Of a DNA stretch of 50,250 bases, positions 20,259-29,390 are shown one piece after another. This stretch comes from Candidatus Uhrbacteria bacterium (GTDB taxonomy: Bacteria > Patescibacteriota > Patescibacteriia > UBA9934 > GWF2-40-263). Location of the stretch: the NCBI GenBank assembly GCA_014239775.1, contig JAAZYG010000050.1, positions 1 to 50,250 of the forward strand. Reading direction: 5' to 3'. The position numbers were made by a program, and so were the translations under genes. The notes beneath the pieces are model-generated. The model was not told the origin of the DNA. It saw nothing but the letters and a program-made list of their open reading frames with translations, and did no database searches. The first letter of the stretch is position 1. Every line of letters starts with the position of its first letter.

Positions 20259-20714
20259 CTAAAATAATGATTCAAATCCTATTATGATTATTGATAAAAA
20301 ACTGACAAAAACAGAAAACTGTACAGCTAGTCTGTATTCCTTCGCGTACTTTTGATTTATATTATCCCTATAAACCATCAATATTATTATGGACATTAAA
20401 ATTAAAATTACTGGCAATTGTATTAATATCCAACGATGAGATGATAATAATTCTGAAAGCTCTGCAAAATGTTGAATAGTATAAATACCAGAACCCGCAC
20501 TGTATAAATCTATTATGATTATTCCTACGAGTAAAAATAATATCAATATTAATATACCTAATAATATCTCAAATAGTTTGGGTAGTTTTTTAAGGAGTAT
20601 TACTAACACAAAGGATGCTCCAAATGCAACTAAAAGTAAACCGAACAAAACTAGCCCTGAATCATTCAAGGCAGATTGAATTGCTGTGCTGTTTCCCAAT
20701 AATACAGTCTGCAT
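20259..20714 (-). CDS. Hypothetical small membrane protein
   Basis: 151 aa with about 4 TM helices, 2 nt upstream of the previous ORF. Confidence 0.6.
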   Translation of the reverse strand: MQTVLLGNSTAIQSALNDSGLVLFGLLLVAFGASFVLVILLKKLPKLFEILLGILILILFLLVGIIIIDLYSAGSGIYTIQHFAELSELLSSHRWILIQLPVILILMSIIILMVYRDNINQKYAKEYRLAVQFSVFVSFLSIIIIGFESLF

Positions 20715-20780
20715 GTATATATTTTACCATGTATATAAAAACATACGAATAGTTATGTTATACTATCGAAAAATATACAT

Positions 20781-21629
20781 ATGTCTAAACCTATATTAAT
20801 AATGAAATCACATGGACAATTAGAGCCATTTGATGAAAAAAAGGTTCGAACAAGCATTGCACGTACTGGTGCTGATAAAAAAGTTGTTGATCAAGTGCTT
20901 GATGTAATTAAGAAAAAACTTAAACCAAAAATGCGTACATCTGATATTTATAAATTAGTAAATATTGAACTTGATAAATTGAAACCATGGGCTGCTGCCA
21001 GATACAACCTAAGAGATGCGATCATTAAAATGGGGCCAACTGGCTTTCATTTTGAAAAATATGTTGCGTCTATACTAAACGCGTATGGATATGACGCAAT
21101 TACACCCGATACTTATCAGGGAGCATGTATTTCACATGAAGTAGATGTTACAGCAAAAAAAGAAGGTAGAACAGCATTTATAGAAGCAAAGTTTAGACAT
21201 GATTACAGAGGTACTGTAAATATCAAAGACACCATGTCTACATGGACACGTTTTTTAGATCTTGTTGATGGTTCAAAAGTTGAGCTTTGTCCGCATTTTG
21301 ATGAAGCATGGATCGTTACAAATGCACGTTTTACAGATCAATCATTGAAGTATGGACATTGTAAGAATATGGTTCTTATTGGTTGGAATCATCCTCGAGA
21401 AAGAACCTTTGCTCATATGGTAGATTTGAATGCATTATATCCCGTAACACTGATAAAAGATCTAAATAAGCCTGAACTTGAAGCACTTGCCAGTGAAAAC
21501 ATCATGTTGTGCAGAGATATAATAGGCCTTGAAATACCAAAATTAAAACAAAAAACCGGCTTTTCTATATCTCGAGCTGAAAATATTATAAAATCATGCG
21601 AGGCCATAATTTCTGGTGACAAGGTTTGA
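20781..21629 (+). CDS. ATP-cone domain fused to a PD-(D/E)xK (Mrr-like) restriction-endonuclease-fold domain
   Basis: N-terminus IMKSHGQLEPFDEKKVRTSIARTGADKKVVDQVLDVIKKKL is an ATP-cone. It is followed by GFHFEKYVASILNAYGYDA ... HEVDVTAKKEGRTAFIEAKF, a D...ExK nuclease core. Confidence 0.8.
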   Translation: MSKPILIMKSHGQLEPFDEKKVRTSIARTGADKKVVDQVLDVIKKKLKPKMRTSDIYKLVNIELDKLKPWAAARYNLRDAIIKMGPTGFHFEKYVASILNAYGYDAITPDTYQGACISHEVDVTAKKEGRTAFIEAKFRHDYRGTVNIKDTMSTWTRFLDLVDGSKVELCPHFDEAWIVTNARFTDQSLKYGHCKNMVLIGWNHPRERTFAHMVDLNALYPVTLIKDLNKPELEALASENIMLCRDIIGLEIPKLKQKTGFSISRAENIIKSCEAIISGDKV

Positions 21630-21654
21630 CAAAAAAACAAAAAACACGTAGAAT
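21626..21654 (+). promoter_or_regulatory. Consensus sigma70-type promoter in front of a 41-codon basic ORF
   Basis: TTGACA (21626-21631, overlapping the TGA stop of the upstream gene), exactly 17 nt, TAGAAT (21649-21654). Confidence 0.6.
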
Positions 21655-21680
21655 TTCATCGATTCAAGTAAAAAAGATGT

Positions 21681-21806
21681 ATGGCTAAACGTAAAAAAAT
21701 AAGAACAAAATGGAAGGCTGAAAGAAAAGTTCAACTTTCTAAAAATAGAAAACAGAAAGCAATTAGGCTTTCTAAAGAACCACAAAAAGTAGAAACTGCC
21801 AAATAG
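21681..21806 (+). CDS. Unannotated 41-aa extremely basic peptide (possible ribosome-associated bS22-like protein; speculative)
   Basis: Manual translation gives MAKRKKIRTKWKAERKVQLSKNRKQKAIRLSKEPQKVETAK. It falls below the ORF-track cutoff and is flanked by a consensus promoter and a terminator. No clear SD. Confidence 0.5.
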   Translation: MAKRKKIRTKWKAERKVQLSKNRKQKAIRLSKEPQKVETAK

Positions 21807-21819
21807 GCAGTTTTATTTT
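21793..21819 (+). terminator. Rho-independent terminator after the small basic ORF
   Basis: Stem AAACTGCC (21793-21800)/GGCAGTTT (21806-21813), loop AAATA, followed by TTATTTT. Overlaps the stops of both convergent genes. Confidence 0.65.
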
Positions 21820-23351
21820 GTCCTTGACGGTATTGCAACACCAGAAACCTTTGTAATCAATGGTTTTTTTAGACGCTCAAAAAAACCAAACTTAATAAGT
21901 TCCTTGTCAGATAAAAAAGGTATGACAAATAGCAAGAAACCTATTCCCATAGGATGATTTAGGTACGGAGAAAATACATGAGTACCATATAAAAAGAATA
22001 GAGATGAGATTAAACCAATCGAAAGCCACTGCCTCTCTGTTTTTAGATGCAATACCAATGATTTTACATAGAACATTAATATCAAAATAAATGACATTGG
22101 TCCTAAAACACCCATCTTTAATAATAATTCTTGCCAACCCCATTCCATTGAATAAGTAGACCATTCTCCGTCTGGACTAAGCGACCTTACACGAGGATCA
22201 TCAGAAATAAATGTTATCTTTTTACCAAATCCATTTCCTAAAATCACATCATTAGAAATAGCTTTATTCATTGGATCTAATAATTTCCACCTGCTTGATA
22301 TTGCGCTATCAGATAAATTTGTTCCTCTTTTGCCAAATAAATCTGACAGATCACTTGAATCCACTCTTTGCTGTGGAAATGGAAATAAAACAACAGAGCC
22401 AATTAAAGAAAGTGCTATGGTTGTTGAAATAAGAATATTAGTAATTGTTTTACCAACCTCCTTTAATTTTGGTTTAACGTATTTTGATAATACGTACACA
22501 AATACAAAGACCCCAATTATAGAACCGAACCAAAAACTTCTAGATAAGCTAAGTAGCATTATTGCTATACATAGACTTAGTAATAAAATAATCATCTGCT
22601 TATTTTTTTTATTTTTACTTTGAAGTAACAGACCAGCCAACATAAATGCAAATATAATTGAAAACATTTGTGACTGAATAAATACCCTGTACATCATTGC
22701 ACTTACATTTGTTACTTCAACCAGTCGAATATCTCTTATAAAAATATATAAGTATCTCAATGTCATCTCCGTAAAATGTGTATACAAATACAGAACGGTT
22801 ATAGTTGTAAAGGATGTTACAACAACAGATGCTGTAAGCACCTGAAGTAACATTTTTTTCTTAATTGAATTCCATTTAACAGACAGAACTGGAAACAAGT
22901 ACAGAGTATATAAATAAGCATTGCCGTCTTTTATTGCATCTATTGGATTATTTTGTGATAGACCTGTTATAAACCCAAGTAAAATAGCTATGAGTAGTGG
23001 CAAATATATTATTAACCATGGAGACTGCTTTGGTAACTTGATCTTATGTGTCAATAACAAAATAAACCAACCAGACATAACAGCTACAAACACAACCATT
23101 CTTAATGAGACTGAGAAATTTCCAATATCATAAAAAAACATATGCCCATGTGGATTTGAAAATAATTCCAAAAAAACAATAGCTAATCCATAGTGTAAAT
23201 TCCGCAATGTGATAATAAAAATTAAAATTGCAAATATAACCAAAAAAAATGAACCCAAATTAAATACATACGATACAAGTGAAAATGCAAGTAAACCTGC
23301 AAGAACAGATATGCTGATTTTAAATTCTTTTCCAAAAAATTGCTCAATCAT
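21813..23351 (-). CDS. O-antigen ligase/polymerase-like (Wzy_C family) polytopic membrane protein
   Basis: 512 aa with more than 10 TM helices. LLLSLCIAIMLLSLSRSFWFGSIIG plus a large extracytoplasmic loop. Last gene of the glycan cluster. Confidence 0.75.
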   Translation of the reverse strand: MIEQFFGKEFKISISVLAGLLAFSLVSYVFNLGSFFLVIFAILIFIITLRNLHYGLAIVFLELFSNPHGHMFFYDIGNFSVSLRMVVFVAVMSGWFILLLTHKIKLPKQSPWLIIYLPLLIAILLGFITGLSQNNPIDAIKDGNAYLYTLYLFPVLSVKWNSIKKKMLLQVLTASVVVTSFTTITVLYLYTHFTEMTLRYLYIFIRDIRLVEVTNVSAMMYRVFIQSQMFSIIFAFMLAGLLLQSKNKKNKQMIILLLSLCIAIMLLSLSRSFWFGSIIGVFVFVYVLSKYVKPKLKEVGKTITNILISTTIALSLIGSVVLFPFPQQRVDSSDLSDLFGKRGTNLSDSAISSRWKLLDPMNKAISNDVILGNGFGKKITFISDDPRVRSLSPDGEWSTYSMEWGWQELLLKMGVLGPMSFILILMFYVKSLVLHLKTERQWLSIGLISSLFFLYGTHVFSPYLNHPMGIGFLLFVIPFLSDKELIKFGFFERLKKPLITKVSGVAIPSRTK

Positions 23352-24190
23352 ACTCTTTTAACTATAGACGCGATAAAACTTAGTACAAAAAACACTGGAT
23401 CTAATAATATAAACATGATCCAAAAAATATTTCCGTGATGTTTTTTAATGTATCTTCTTATACTTTTACGTAATATATTCTGTTTTGTTAAAGTCCCAAC
23501 CCTGTCAAAGCTGCTGCCCTTTTTGTGCAGTGCTGAAATATCAGAAAAATATTTTATTTCATAACCAGCATTTTTAACTCTTTTACAAAAATCCACCTCT
23601 TCGTACCAGATAAAATACTTATCATCTAATAAACCAACCTCCTCTAGAATGGTGCGTCTTATGCAAAAAAATGCACCCATGACCTGATCAACACTTTGTG
23701 TTTTTGTATAGTCAAAATCATCAAACCTCCATCTTGATATTGGTCTAATATTTTTTTTAATATGATGAATTTTTAATAGCAACAATAATTGATTTAGCGG
23801 TGTTGGAAATCTCCACACACATTTTTGTTGTGAACCATCTATATTTTTTAATGAAACACCTCCAACTCCTACACTTAAATTTTCATTCATTTTAATTTCA
23901 ATTTGGTTAATTGCATCATCTATGAAAACAATATCTGGATTTACCAATAAAACATAATCACCTTTTGCTTTTTTTATTGCAATGTTACACGCACCTGCAA
24001 AACCAAGATTTTTTTCAGTATTTATAAACTTTACTTTTGAATATTTACTTACTAATAAATCAAGATTGTCTTCTGTGTCATTATTAACAACAAATACCTC
24101 AAAATTACCTTTATTGTTTTTAAACAAGGACTCTAGCATGATACATAAATAATCTGCCGTTTTGTAATTTACTGTAATAACAGAAATCAT
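23348..24190 (-). CDS. Family 2 glycosyltransferase
   Basis: MISVITVNYKT ... GFAGACN ... LLVNPDIVF (DxD-like). 4-nt overlaps with both neighbours. Confidence 0.88.
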   Translation of the reverse strand: MISVITVNYKTADYLCIMLESLFKNNKGNFEVFVVNNDTEDNLDLLVSKYSKVKFINTEKNLGFAGACNIAIKKAKGDYVLLVNPDIVFIDDAINQIEIKMNENLSVGVGGVSLKNIDGSQQKCVWRFPTPLNQLLLLLKIHHIKKNIRPISRWRFDDFDYTKTQSVDQVMGAFFCIRRTILEEVGLLDDKYFIWYEEVDFCKRVKNAGYEIKYFSDISALHKKGSSFDRVGTLTKQNILRKSIRRYIKKHHGNIFWIMFILLDPVFFVLSFIASIVKRV

Positions 24191-24894
24191 AAATTGTGCT
24201 TACTTATAATTACAGATTTAGCTGTATTGTATTTTTTTACTTGCTCTGGCATGAATCCAAAAAACCTCCAAGGGATTTTATATAAAATAGATGGAAGCCA
24301 GGTTGAAATATTTTGTCTATTTTTAATTTGATGAACTGTATACAGTTCCCTATCTACAAATCCACCAAACGAACCTTTTTCAAGCATTGATAGCCACAAA
24401 TCCCAATCCTGAAATTTTTTTAGCTCCTCATCCCACTGTAAAAAATCTTCTCGTCTGATTAATGCAGAAGATGTGTGTATGTAATTTTCTTTTCTTATCC
24501 TAGAGACATCAAACTCGCCACACGCAAACGACCTATTCATCCACTTAAACCTGCAATATGCATAAGCAATTTCTGAATTTTGCTCTAAATATTTTTCTAA
24601 TTCCTCAATCATAGTAGGTTTCATTTCAACATCTGCATCACAAAATAAAACCATGTCCCCCGTTGATTTTCTGAACCCTGTATTACGTGCTGATGGTGCG
24701 CCATTATTATTTTGATAAATAATATCTATTTTATCAAAGAAAGTTTTTAAAATTTCTTGTGTGACATCTGTAGACCCATCGTCAACAATAATTATCTCAT
24801 CAACAACGCGAGACTGACCTAAAACACTTTTTATGCAAATACTGATAGAATCAGCATGCTCAAATGTTGGAATTATGACAGATATCTTTCTCAT
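24187..24894 (-). CDS. Family 2 glycosyltransferase
   Basis: ISVIIPTFEHADSI ... IIVDDGSTD ... FCDADVEM. Confidence 0.88.
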   Translation of the reverse strand: MRKISVIIPTFEHADSISICIKSVLGQSRVVDEIIIVDDGSTDVTQEILKTFFDKIDIIYQNNNGAPSARNTGFRKSTGDMVLFCDADVEMKPTMIEELEKYLEQNSEIAYAYCRFKWMNRSFACGEFDVSRIRKENYIHTSSALIRREDFLQWDEELKKFQDWDLWLSMLEKGSFGGFVDRELYTVHQIKNRQNISTWLPSILYKIPWRFFGFMPEQVKKYNTAKSVIISKHNL

Positions 24895-25973
24895 AAATAC
24901 TCATCCAGTTTTGCAAATTGCTTCTTACATGTAAATTCACTTACCACTCTTTTACGTGCATTGTCTGCCAACTCCATTCTGTACTCATCGTTGTTTATTA
25001 AAGTAAAAATTGCTTTAGCGAGCATCTCTATGTCACCATCTGTCACCAATACTCCTGTTTTATTATTTAACACTGCCTCATCTACACCGTCCATATTAGT
25101 TGCTATTGATGGTGTTCTGAATTTTGCAGCCTCAATGTAAACCAAACCAAACCCCTCTTTATCAATAGGATCATTTTTTACTGGCATTACAAATACGTCT
25201 GATTTTCTGTACAGATCATCTAACTGAGAATCACTTAAGTCTCCGTGGAAAACCACATGTGATGTTAATCCAAGACCATCAACAAGTGAACGGATTGATT
25301 TTTCAAATGGTCCTGTGCCTACAATGTCATATATTAAATTATCTATCTTTTTTGCACGTCTTAATATTGATAGTGCATTCAGTACATTTGAATGCCCCTT
25401 TCTTTCAACAAGCCTGCTTACTGTTAGTATGTGTGTTTTTTGTTTATCTGTGGGCACATTATGTACGTCTATATTTGATATGCATGGATATACAACAACA
25501 ACATACCTAACACCTAATTCAGACAACTCTAGTGATAGTGCATTTGAATTAGAAACTATTAATTCTGCACCCTGAAGTACTCGTTTGAATACAAATTTTT
25601 TCCATAATGATTTTTTTGCAAGTCTTACATCCATACCGTGTGTAAATAACACATATGATTTTTTTGTAATTATTTTTGCAAATAAAGCCGCGGTACCAAA
25701 TGGTAATGCATGACTTATGACAACTGTGTCGTAAGTCAATTTTTCTCTTATTAAAATCACAACTGTTTTAATCCATCTTGGCCATATAAAACTATATAAC
25801 AAAGCCTCAACTTTTACATTTGATTGAGGGTTATCTTTAGGTTGTTTGACGGAGGTTATTACATTGATCCTATCAGAATAATAATTAACTAATTCATTTA
25901 AATAACGTGCCACACCGCCTCTATTGGGTTTAAAATCAGGTGTAATTAAAAGTAGTTTTTTATCACTGTTCAT
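24891..25973 (-). CDS. Family 4 (GT-B, group 1) glycosyltransferase
   Basis: 360 aa. C-terminal EGFGLVYIEAAKFRTPSIATNMDGVDE (E-x7-E motif). Confidence 0.88.
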   Translation of the reverse strand: MNSDKKLLLITPDFKPNRGGVARYLNELVNYYSDRINVITSVKQPKDNPQSNVKVEALLYSFIWPRWIKTVVILIREKLTYDTVVISHALPFGTAALFAKIITKKSYVLFTHGMDVRLAKKSLWKKFVFKRVLQGAELIVSNSNALSLELSELGVRYVVVVYPCISNIDVHNVPTDKQKTHILTVSRLVERKGHSNVLNALSILRRAKKIDNLIYDIVGTGPFEKSIRSLVDGLGLTSHVVFHGDLSDSQLDDLYRKSDVFVMPVKNDPIDKEGFGLVYIEAAKFRTPSIATNMDGVDEAVLNNKTGVLVTDGDIEMLAKAIFTLINNDEYRMELADNARKRVVSEFTCKKQFAKLDEYL

Positions 25974-25982
25974 AACATTCTA

Positions 25983-27416
25983 TTAACCTCTTATTAAGCT
26001 TTTAACCTTGTTTATATCTTGTTTTGTAATCACACCTGTCACCATCAAACTAACACCGTACACAACAGCTGAGATAGGTATTAATGCAATCCAACCAACT
26101 AACTCTTTTACATATATTCCAAAAGTTAACATTATAAGACCACACGCAGATACTTTCAGAAGAATAAAAAACAGTTTTGTGAATGAATACCCATTAATTA
26201 TCTGTGGAATAAAATATAAACCTGCCACGAACATAAATGAAAAACTAAATAATGCAGCATAAACCGCACCGTTTAAGCCAATAACAGGAATTAATAATGC
26301 ATTTAGTACAACATTAAGAACCATCGTTATTCCCATAATTACTGTTTTTGTTGTTTGACGGTTTGCAGCGTTTAGAAGTGACCCTATTGGAAAATCTAAA
26401 AAAATTGGTATAAGAACCAAAATTAATAATTGCAATATAGGAGCAGCTTGGACATACTCTTCTCCAGCTAGCAGCACTGCATTTGGCGCAATAAGCCATA
26501 TACCAAGTACAATTGGTGTAACAATAACCATCATGTACCACATTGCTTTATCGAACATGTTTCTCAATTGAACAGAATCTTTCCCTACAATTGCACTTAA
26601 CCCAGGATACAGTGCGGCAATAAATGCCAATGGAAGAAATTGAAATGCATATGTAAATTTATAAGCAACAGAATAAATACCTAATGAAGTTGTTCCCATT
26701 AATTTTGATATAAATATGCTGTCTACGTAAGAATAAACTTTTACAAACACTGCAGCTAGAGCAAATGGTAAGGCAACCTTAAAAATTTTCTTTACAAACC
26801 CAACATCCCACATTGGTATAAAAACTGAGTTACCAAGTATATTTGATACGTTCTTGATTGAAATGATTAAATTAGCAGTGCTACCAAGAGTAAGTGCTAA
26901 TATAAGCAATGCCACAGATGGGTTGTACATCAAAATTAAACCACCTACAACTCCAGTAACAATTTGAGCGGAAAACATTCCAATGGCCTCAAACTTAAGC
27001 ATTTGATACCCACGTAGCACTCCGTAATAAAATAAATGAAGTGAGTCAAATATTAATATAAATGATGTAAGTAATATTAAGAAACGTAGATTTGCGTCAT
27101 AACCAATTATTATTGGTACAACCACTACTGATATAAGTGCTAGTACTATAAACGGAATCTTGATCCCTAATGCTTTTTTTATGTATGTAACTGTATTTTC
27201 TGGTGACTTAGCGATCTCTCTAATTACAACTGGTGTTAGACCGAAATCTGCAACTACGGAGAAAATCATTACAAAGGACGTTGCAAGAAAATAGACACCA
27301 GTATTTTCTGGCATCATTATTCTGGCGAGAAATAAAAAATAGACAAATGCGATTAGCTTTTGCCCAACAGATGCAAGTGTTAATGATAGTGTGTTTTTTG
27401 CCAGTATGTTAGTCAC
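25983..27416 (-). CDS. Wzx-like oligosaccharide flippase (MOP superfamily)
   Basis: 477 aa with about 14 TM helices. First gene of the glycan cluster. GTG start. Confidence 0.8.
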   Translation of the reverse strand: MTNILAKNTLSLTLASVGQKLIAFVYFLFLARIMMPENTGVYFLATSFVMIFSVVADFGLTPVVIREIAKSPENTVTYIKKALGIKIPFIVLALISVVVVPIIIGYDANLRFLILLTSFILIFDSLHLFYYGVLRGYQMLKFEAIGMFSAQIVTGVVGGLILMYNPSVALLILALTLGSTANLIISIKNVSNILGNSVFIPMWDVGFVKKIFKVALPFALAAVFVKVYSYVDSIFISKLMGTTSLGIYSVAYKFTYAFQFLPLAFIAALYPGLSAIVGKDSVQLRNMFDKAMWYMMVIVTPIVLGIWLIAPNAVLLAGEEYVQAAPILQLLILVLIPIFLDFPIGSLLNAANRQTTKTVIMGITMVLNVVLNALLIPVIGLNGAVYAALFSFSFMFVAGLYFIPQIINGYSFTKLFFILLKVSACGLIMLTFGIYVKELVGWIALIPISAVVYGVSLMVTGVITKQDINKVKSLIRG

Positions 27417-27426
27417 AATATTTCAT

Positions 27427-27455
27427 ATTTTATCTAAAATATAACTATATGTAAA
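27427..27455 (-). promoter_or_regulatory. Sigma70-type promoter of the glycan operon
   Basis: On the minus strand: TTTACA (27455-27450), 17 nt, TAAAAT (27432-27427). Confidence 0.45.
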
Positions 27456-27488
27456 CAAAAAATCCAGGTGATTAACCTGGATTTTTTT
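27456..27488 (-). terminator. Terminator after rpsI
   Basis: Stem ATCCAGGT (27462-27469)/ACCTGGAT (27475-27482), loop GATTA, flanked by an A-run and a T-run (bidirectional shape). Confidence 0.7.
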
Positions 27489-27891
27489 ATCGTTTTGACC
27501 ATTGAGGTGATCGTCGAGCACCTCTCTTTCCAAATTTCTTCCTTTCCCTTACTCGTGCATCACGTCTTAGATAACCAAGACTCTTTAAAGTTGCTCTTAG
27601 TTCTGGATTAAAATCAATTAAAGCACGTGCAACACCCAAAAGTATACTATCTGCCTGACCATGCATCCCACCACCCTTAACAAGAACTGTTATATCAAAT
27701 AATTGCTGCGTATCAGTTTTTTTCAATGGCGATGTTACTTTTTCCTGCATAAAAGTTACAGGAAAATACTTATCATAATCCTTATCGTTGACAGTGATCT
27801 TACCTGTACCACCATGATGAAGTCTCACCCTAGCTACAGCCTCTTTTCTACGACCTACTGCTTCAATATATGTTGTTTGTTTATCTGCCAT
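27487..27891 (-). CDS. rpsI: 30S ribosomal protein S9
   Basis: 134 aa. GGGMHGQADSILLGVARAL ... C-terminus RKKFGKRGARRSPQWSKR. Confidence 0.97.
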   Translation of the reverse strand: MADKQTTYIEAVGRRKEAVARVRLHHGGTGKITVNDKDYDKYFPVTFMQEKVTSPLKKTDTQQLFDITVLVKGGGMHGQADSILLGVARALIDFNPELRATLKSLGYLRRDARVRERKKFGKRGARRSPQWSKR

Positions 27892-27892
27892 A

Positions 27893-28252
27893 TTAATTTT
27901 CTATAACTAGACGCTTCATTCTTTCATTTCTTAGCTTGTTCTTTGGTAACATTTTTGAAACAGCCTCAACAAGTACTTGTGAAGGGTTTTTATCCCAAAC
28001 CTCTTGCATTGTTTTTGTTTTTAAACCACCTGAATAACCACTATGACGATAATACTTCTTTTGAATAAGTTTATTTACATTAATCTTCATCTTTGATGCA
28101 TTAAGAACTTGCACATGGTCCCCCATATCCATATTTGGTTGATAACTAGGTTTATGCTTACCAATCAAAAAAGTTGCAACCTCTGTTGCTAGCCTTCCTG
28201 GCACCTTTCCTTCTGCATCAATTGTGTGAATTTCACGTTCTGTGGTTTTCAT
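27893..28252 (-). CDS. rplM: 50S ribosomal protein L13 (short form)
   Basis: 119 aa. IDAEGKVPGRLATEVATFLIGKHKPSYQPNMDMGDHVQVLNA. Confidence 0.95.
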   Translation of the reverse strand: MKTTEREIHTIDAEGKVPGRLATEVATFLIGKHKPSYQPNMDMGDHVQVLNASKMKINVNKLIQKKYYRHSGYSGGLKTKTMQEVWDKNPSQVLVEAVSKMLPKNKLRNERMKRLVIEN

Positions 28253-28256
28253 AAGT

Positions 28257-28610
28257 TTATTCTACTAGTTCTAGTTGAACCATTGCAGCTCCGTCACCTT
28301 GTCTTGCACCTAATTTAATAATCCTAGTATATCCACCTTTTCTTTCCATATACCGCGGCCCTAGGACTTCTAAAATCTTCTTTACAGGATGATCAGTATA
28401 AAAAAATTTCATTAGTAGTCTTCTACTTGCTAAAGTTGGTGTTTTTCCTCTTGTTATTGCTTTTTCTACTAAAGGCTTTACCGCTTTTGCCTTGGCTTCT
28501 GTTGTTTTGATTTTTTCATACAAAATCACACTAGTTGCCAAATTCCTAAGCAAGGCTTCCCTTGGAGCCTTTTTTCTACCTAAAATTTTTCCAGCTTTTC
28601 TGTGACGCAT
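28257..28610 (-). CDS. rplQ: 50S ribosomal protein L17
   Basis: MRHRKAGKILGRKKAPREALLRNL ... GGYTRIIKLGARQGDGA. Confidence 0.97.
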   Translation of the reverse strand: MRHRKAGKILGRKKAPREALLRNLATSVILYEKIKTTEAKAKAVKPLVEKAITRGKTPTLASRRLLMKFFYTDHPVKKILEVLGPRYMERKGGYTRIIKLGARQGDGAAMVQLELVE

Positions 28611-28621
28611 AATAAATATTA

Positions 28622-29383
28622 CTATTCCTGAACAATTTCTTCAGAATCTGTTTCTTTAATTTCTTCCTCAATATCAACCCTCTCTTCAGATACTGGTTGC
28701 TTTTGCAATAAAATTGAAAAATAATCAATAAGTATCTTTGTAGATTGTTCAACAGCCTCTTCTGGTGTGATTGTGCCGTCTGTTTCAATGTTCATTATTA
28801 ATTTATCATAGTTGGTTATTTCACCAACACGAGTATCTACAACTGTATATCCAACATTTCTAATTGGTGAAAATATAGCATCTATTGAAATTGTGCCCAT
28901 GTCATTATTCTCATTACCTCTTTCTTCTGTTGTGCTATAACCACGTCCTTTTCTAACTGTTAATTCCATATCTATTTCAGAAGATGAATCACTTAATGTT
29001 GCGATTATAAAATCTTTATTGATAATTTCTACATCTGCATTTGGCTCAATATCAGCCGCTGTGATTTTCTTTGCACCAGAGTGCTGTAATTTTAATACTA
29101 TTGGTTCATCACTAAACACCTTCATTCTTAAAGATTTTAGATTTAATATAATCTCAAGCATGTCTTCCTGCACACCTTTAATTGCTTGAAATTCATGTGT
29201 TACTCCCTTAATTTTAATTGCTGTAACAGCAGCACCTGGCAAAGATGATAATAATACACGCCTAAGTGCATTTCCTAATGTAGTACCATAACCATGAAAA
29301 CAGGGTTCTATTATTAGAACGCCTTCATTTTCTTTTTCGCCTTTTTCAAAACGAATATCTGATGGAAGTAAAATGTTTTCCAT
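28622..29383 (-). CDS. rpoA: DNA-directed RNA polymerase subunit alpha, N-terminal domain only (no alpha-CTD)
   Basis: GYGTTLGNALRRVLLSSLPGAAVTAIKIKGVTHEF and the rest of the NTD are present. The protein ends in the acidic tail EERVDIEEEIKETDSEEIVQE just after the NTD. I use ATG 29383 (MENILLP...) because the track's TTG 29410 would overlap rpsD by 20 nt. Confidence 0.9.
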   Translation of the reverse strand: MENILLPSDIRFEKGEKENEGVLIIEPCFHGYGTTLGNALRRVLLSSLPGAAVTAIKIKGVTHEFQAIKGVQEDMLEIILNLKSLRMKVFSDEPIVLKLQHSGAKKITAADIEPNADVEIINKDFIIATLSDSSSEIDMELTVRKGRGYSTTEERGNENNDMGTISIDAIFSPIRNVGYTVVDTRVGEITNYDKLIMNIETDGTITPEEAVEQSTKILIDYFSILLQKQPVSEERVDIEEEIKETDSEEIVQE

Positions 29384-29390
29384 AATGTTT

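Noticed and set aside
28576-28788. 70-aa minus-strand ORF overlapping the rpoA 3' end, considered as a possible separately encoded alpha-CTD.
   Set aside because: It is in a different frame inside the rpoA/rplQ junction. Its sequence (MKQTAQSHQKRLLNN...) has no HhH/alpha-CTD motif. Judged spurious.
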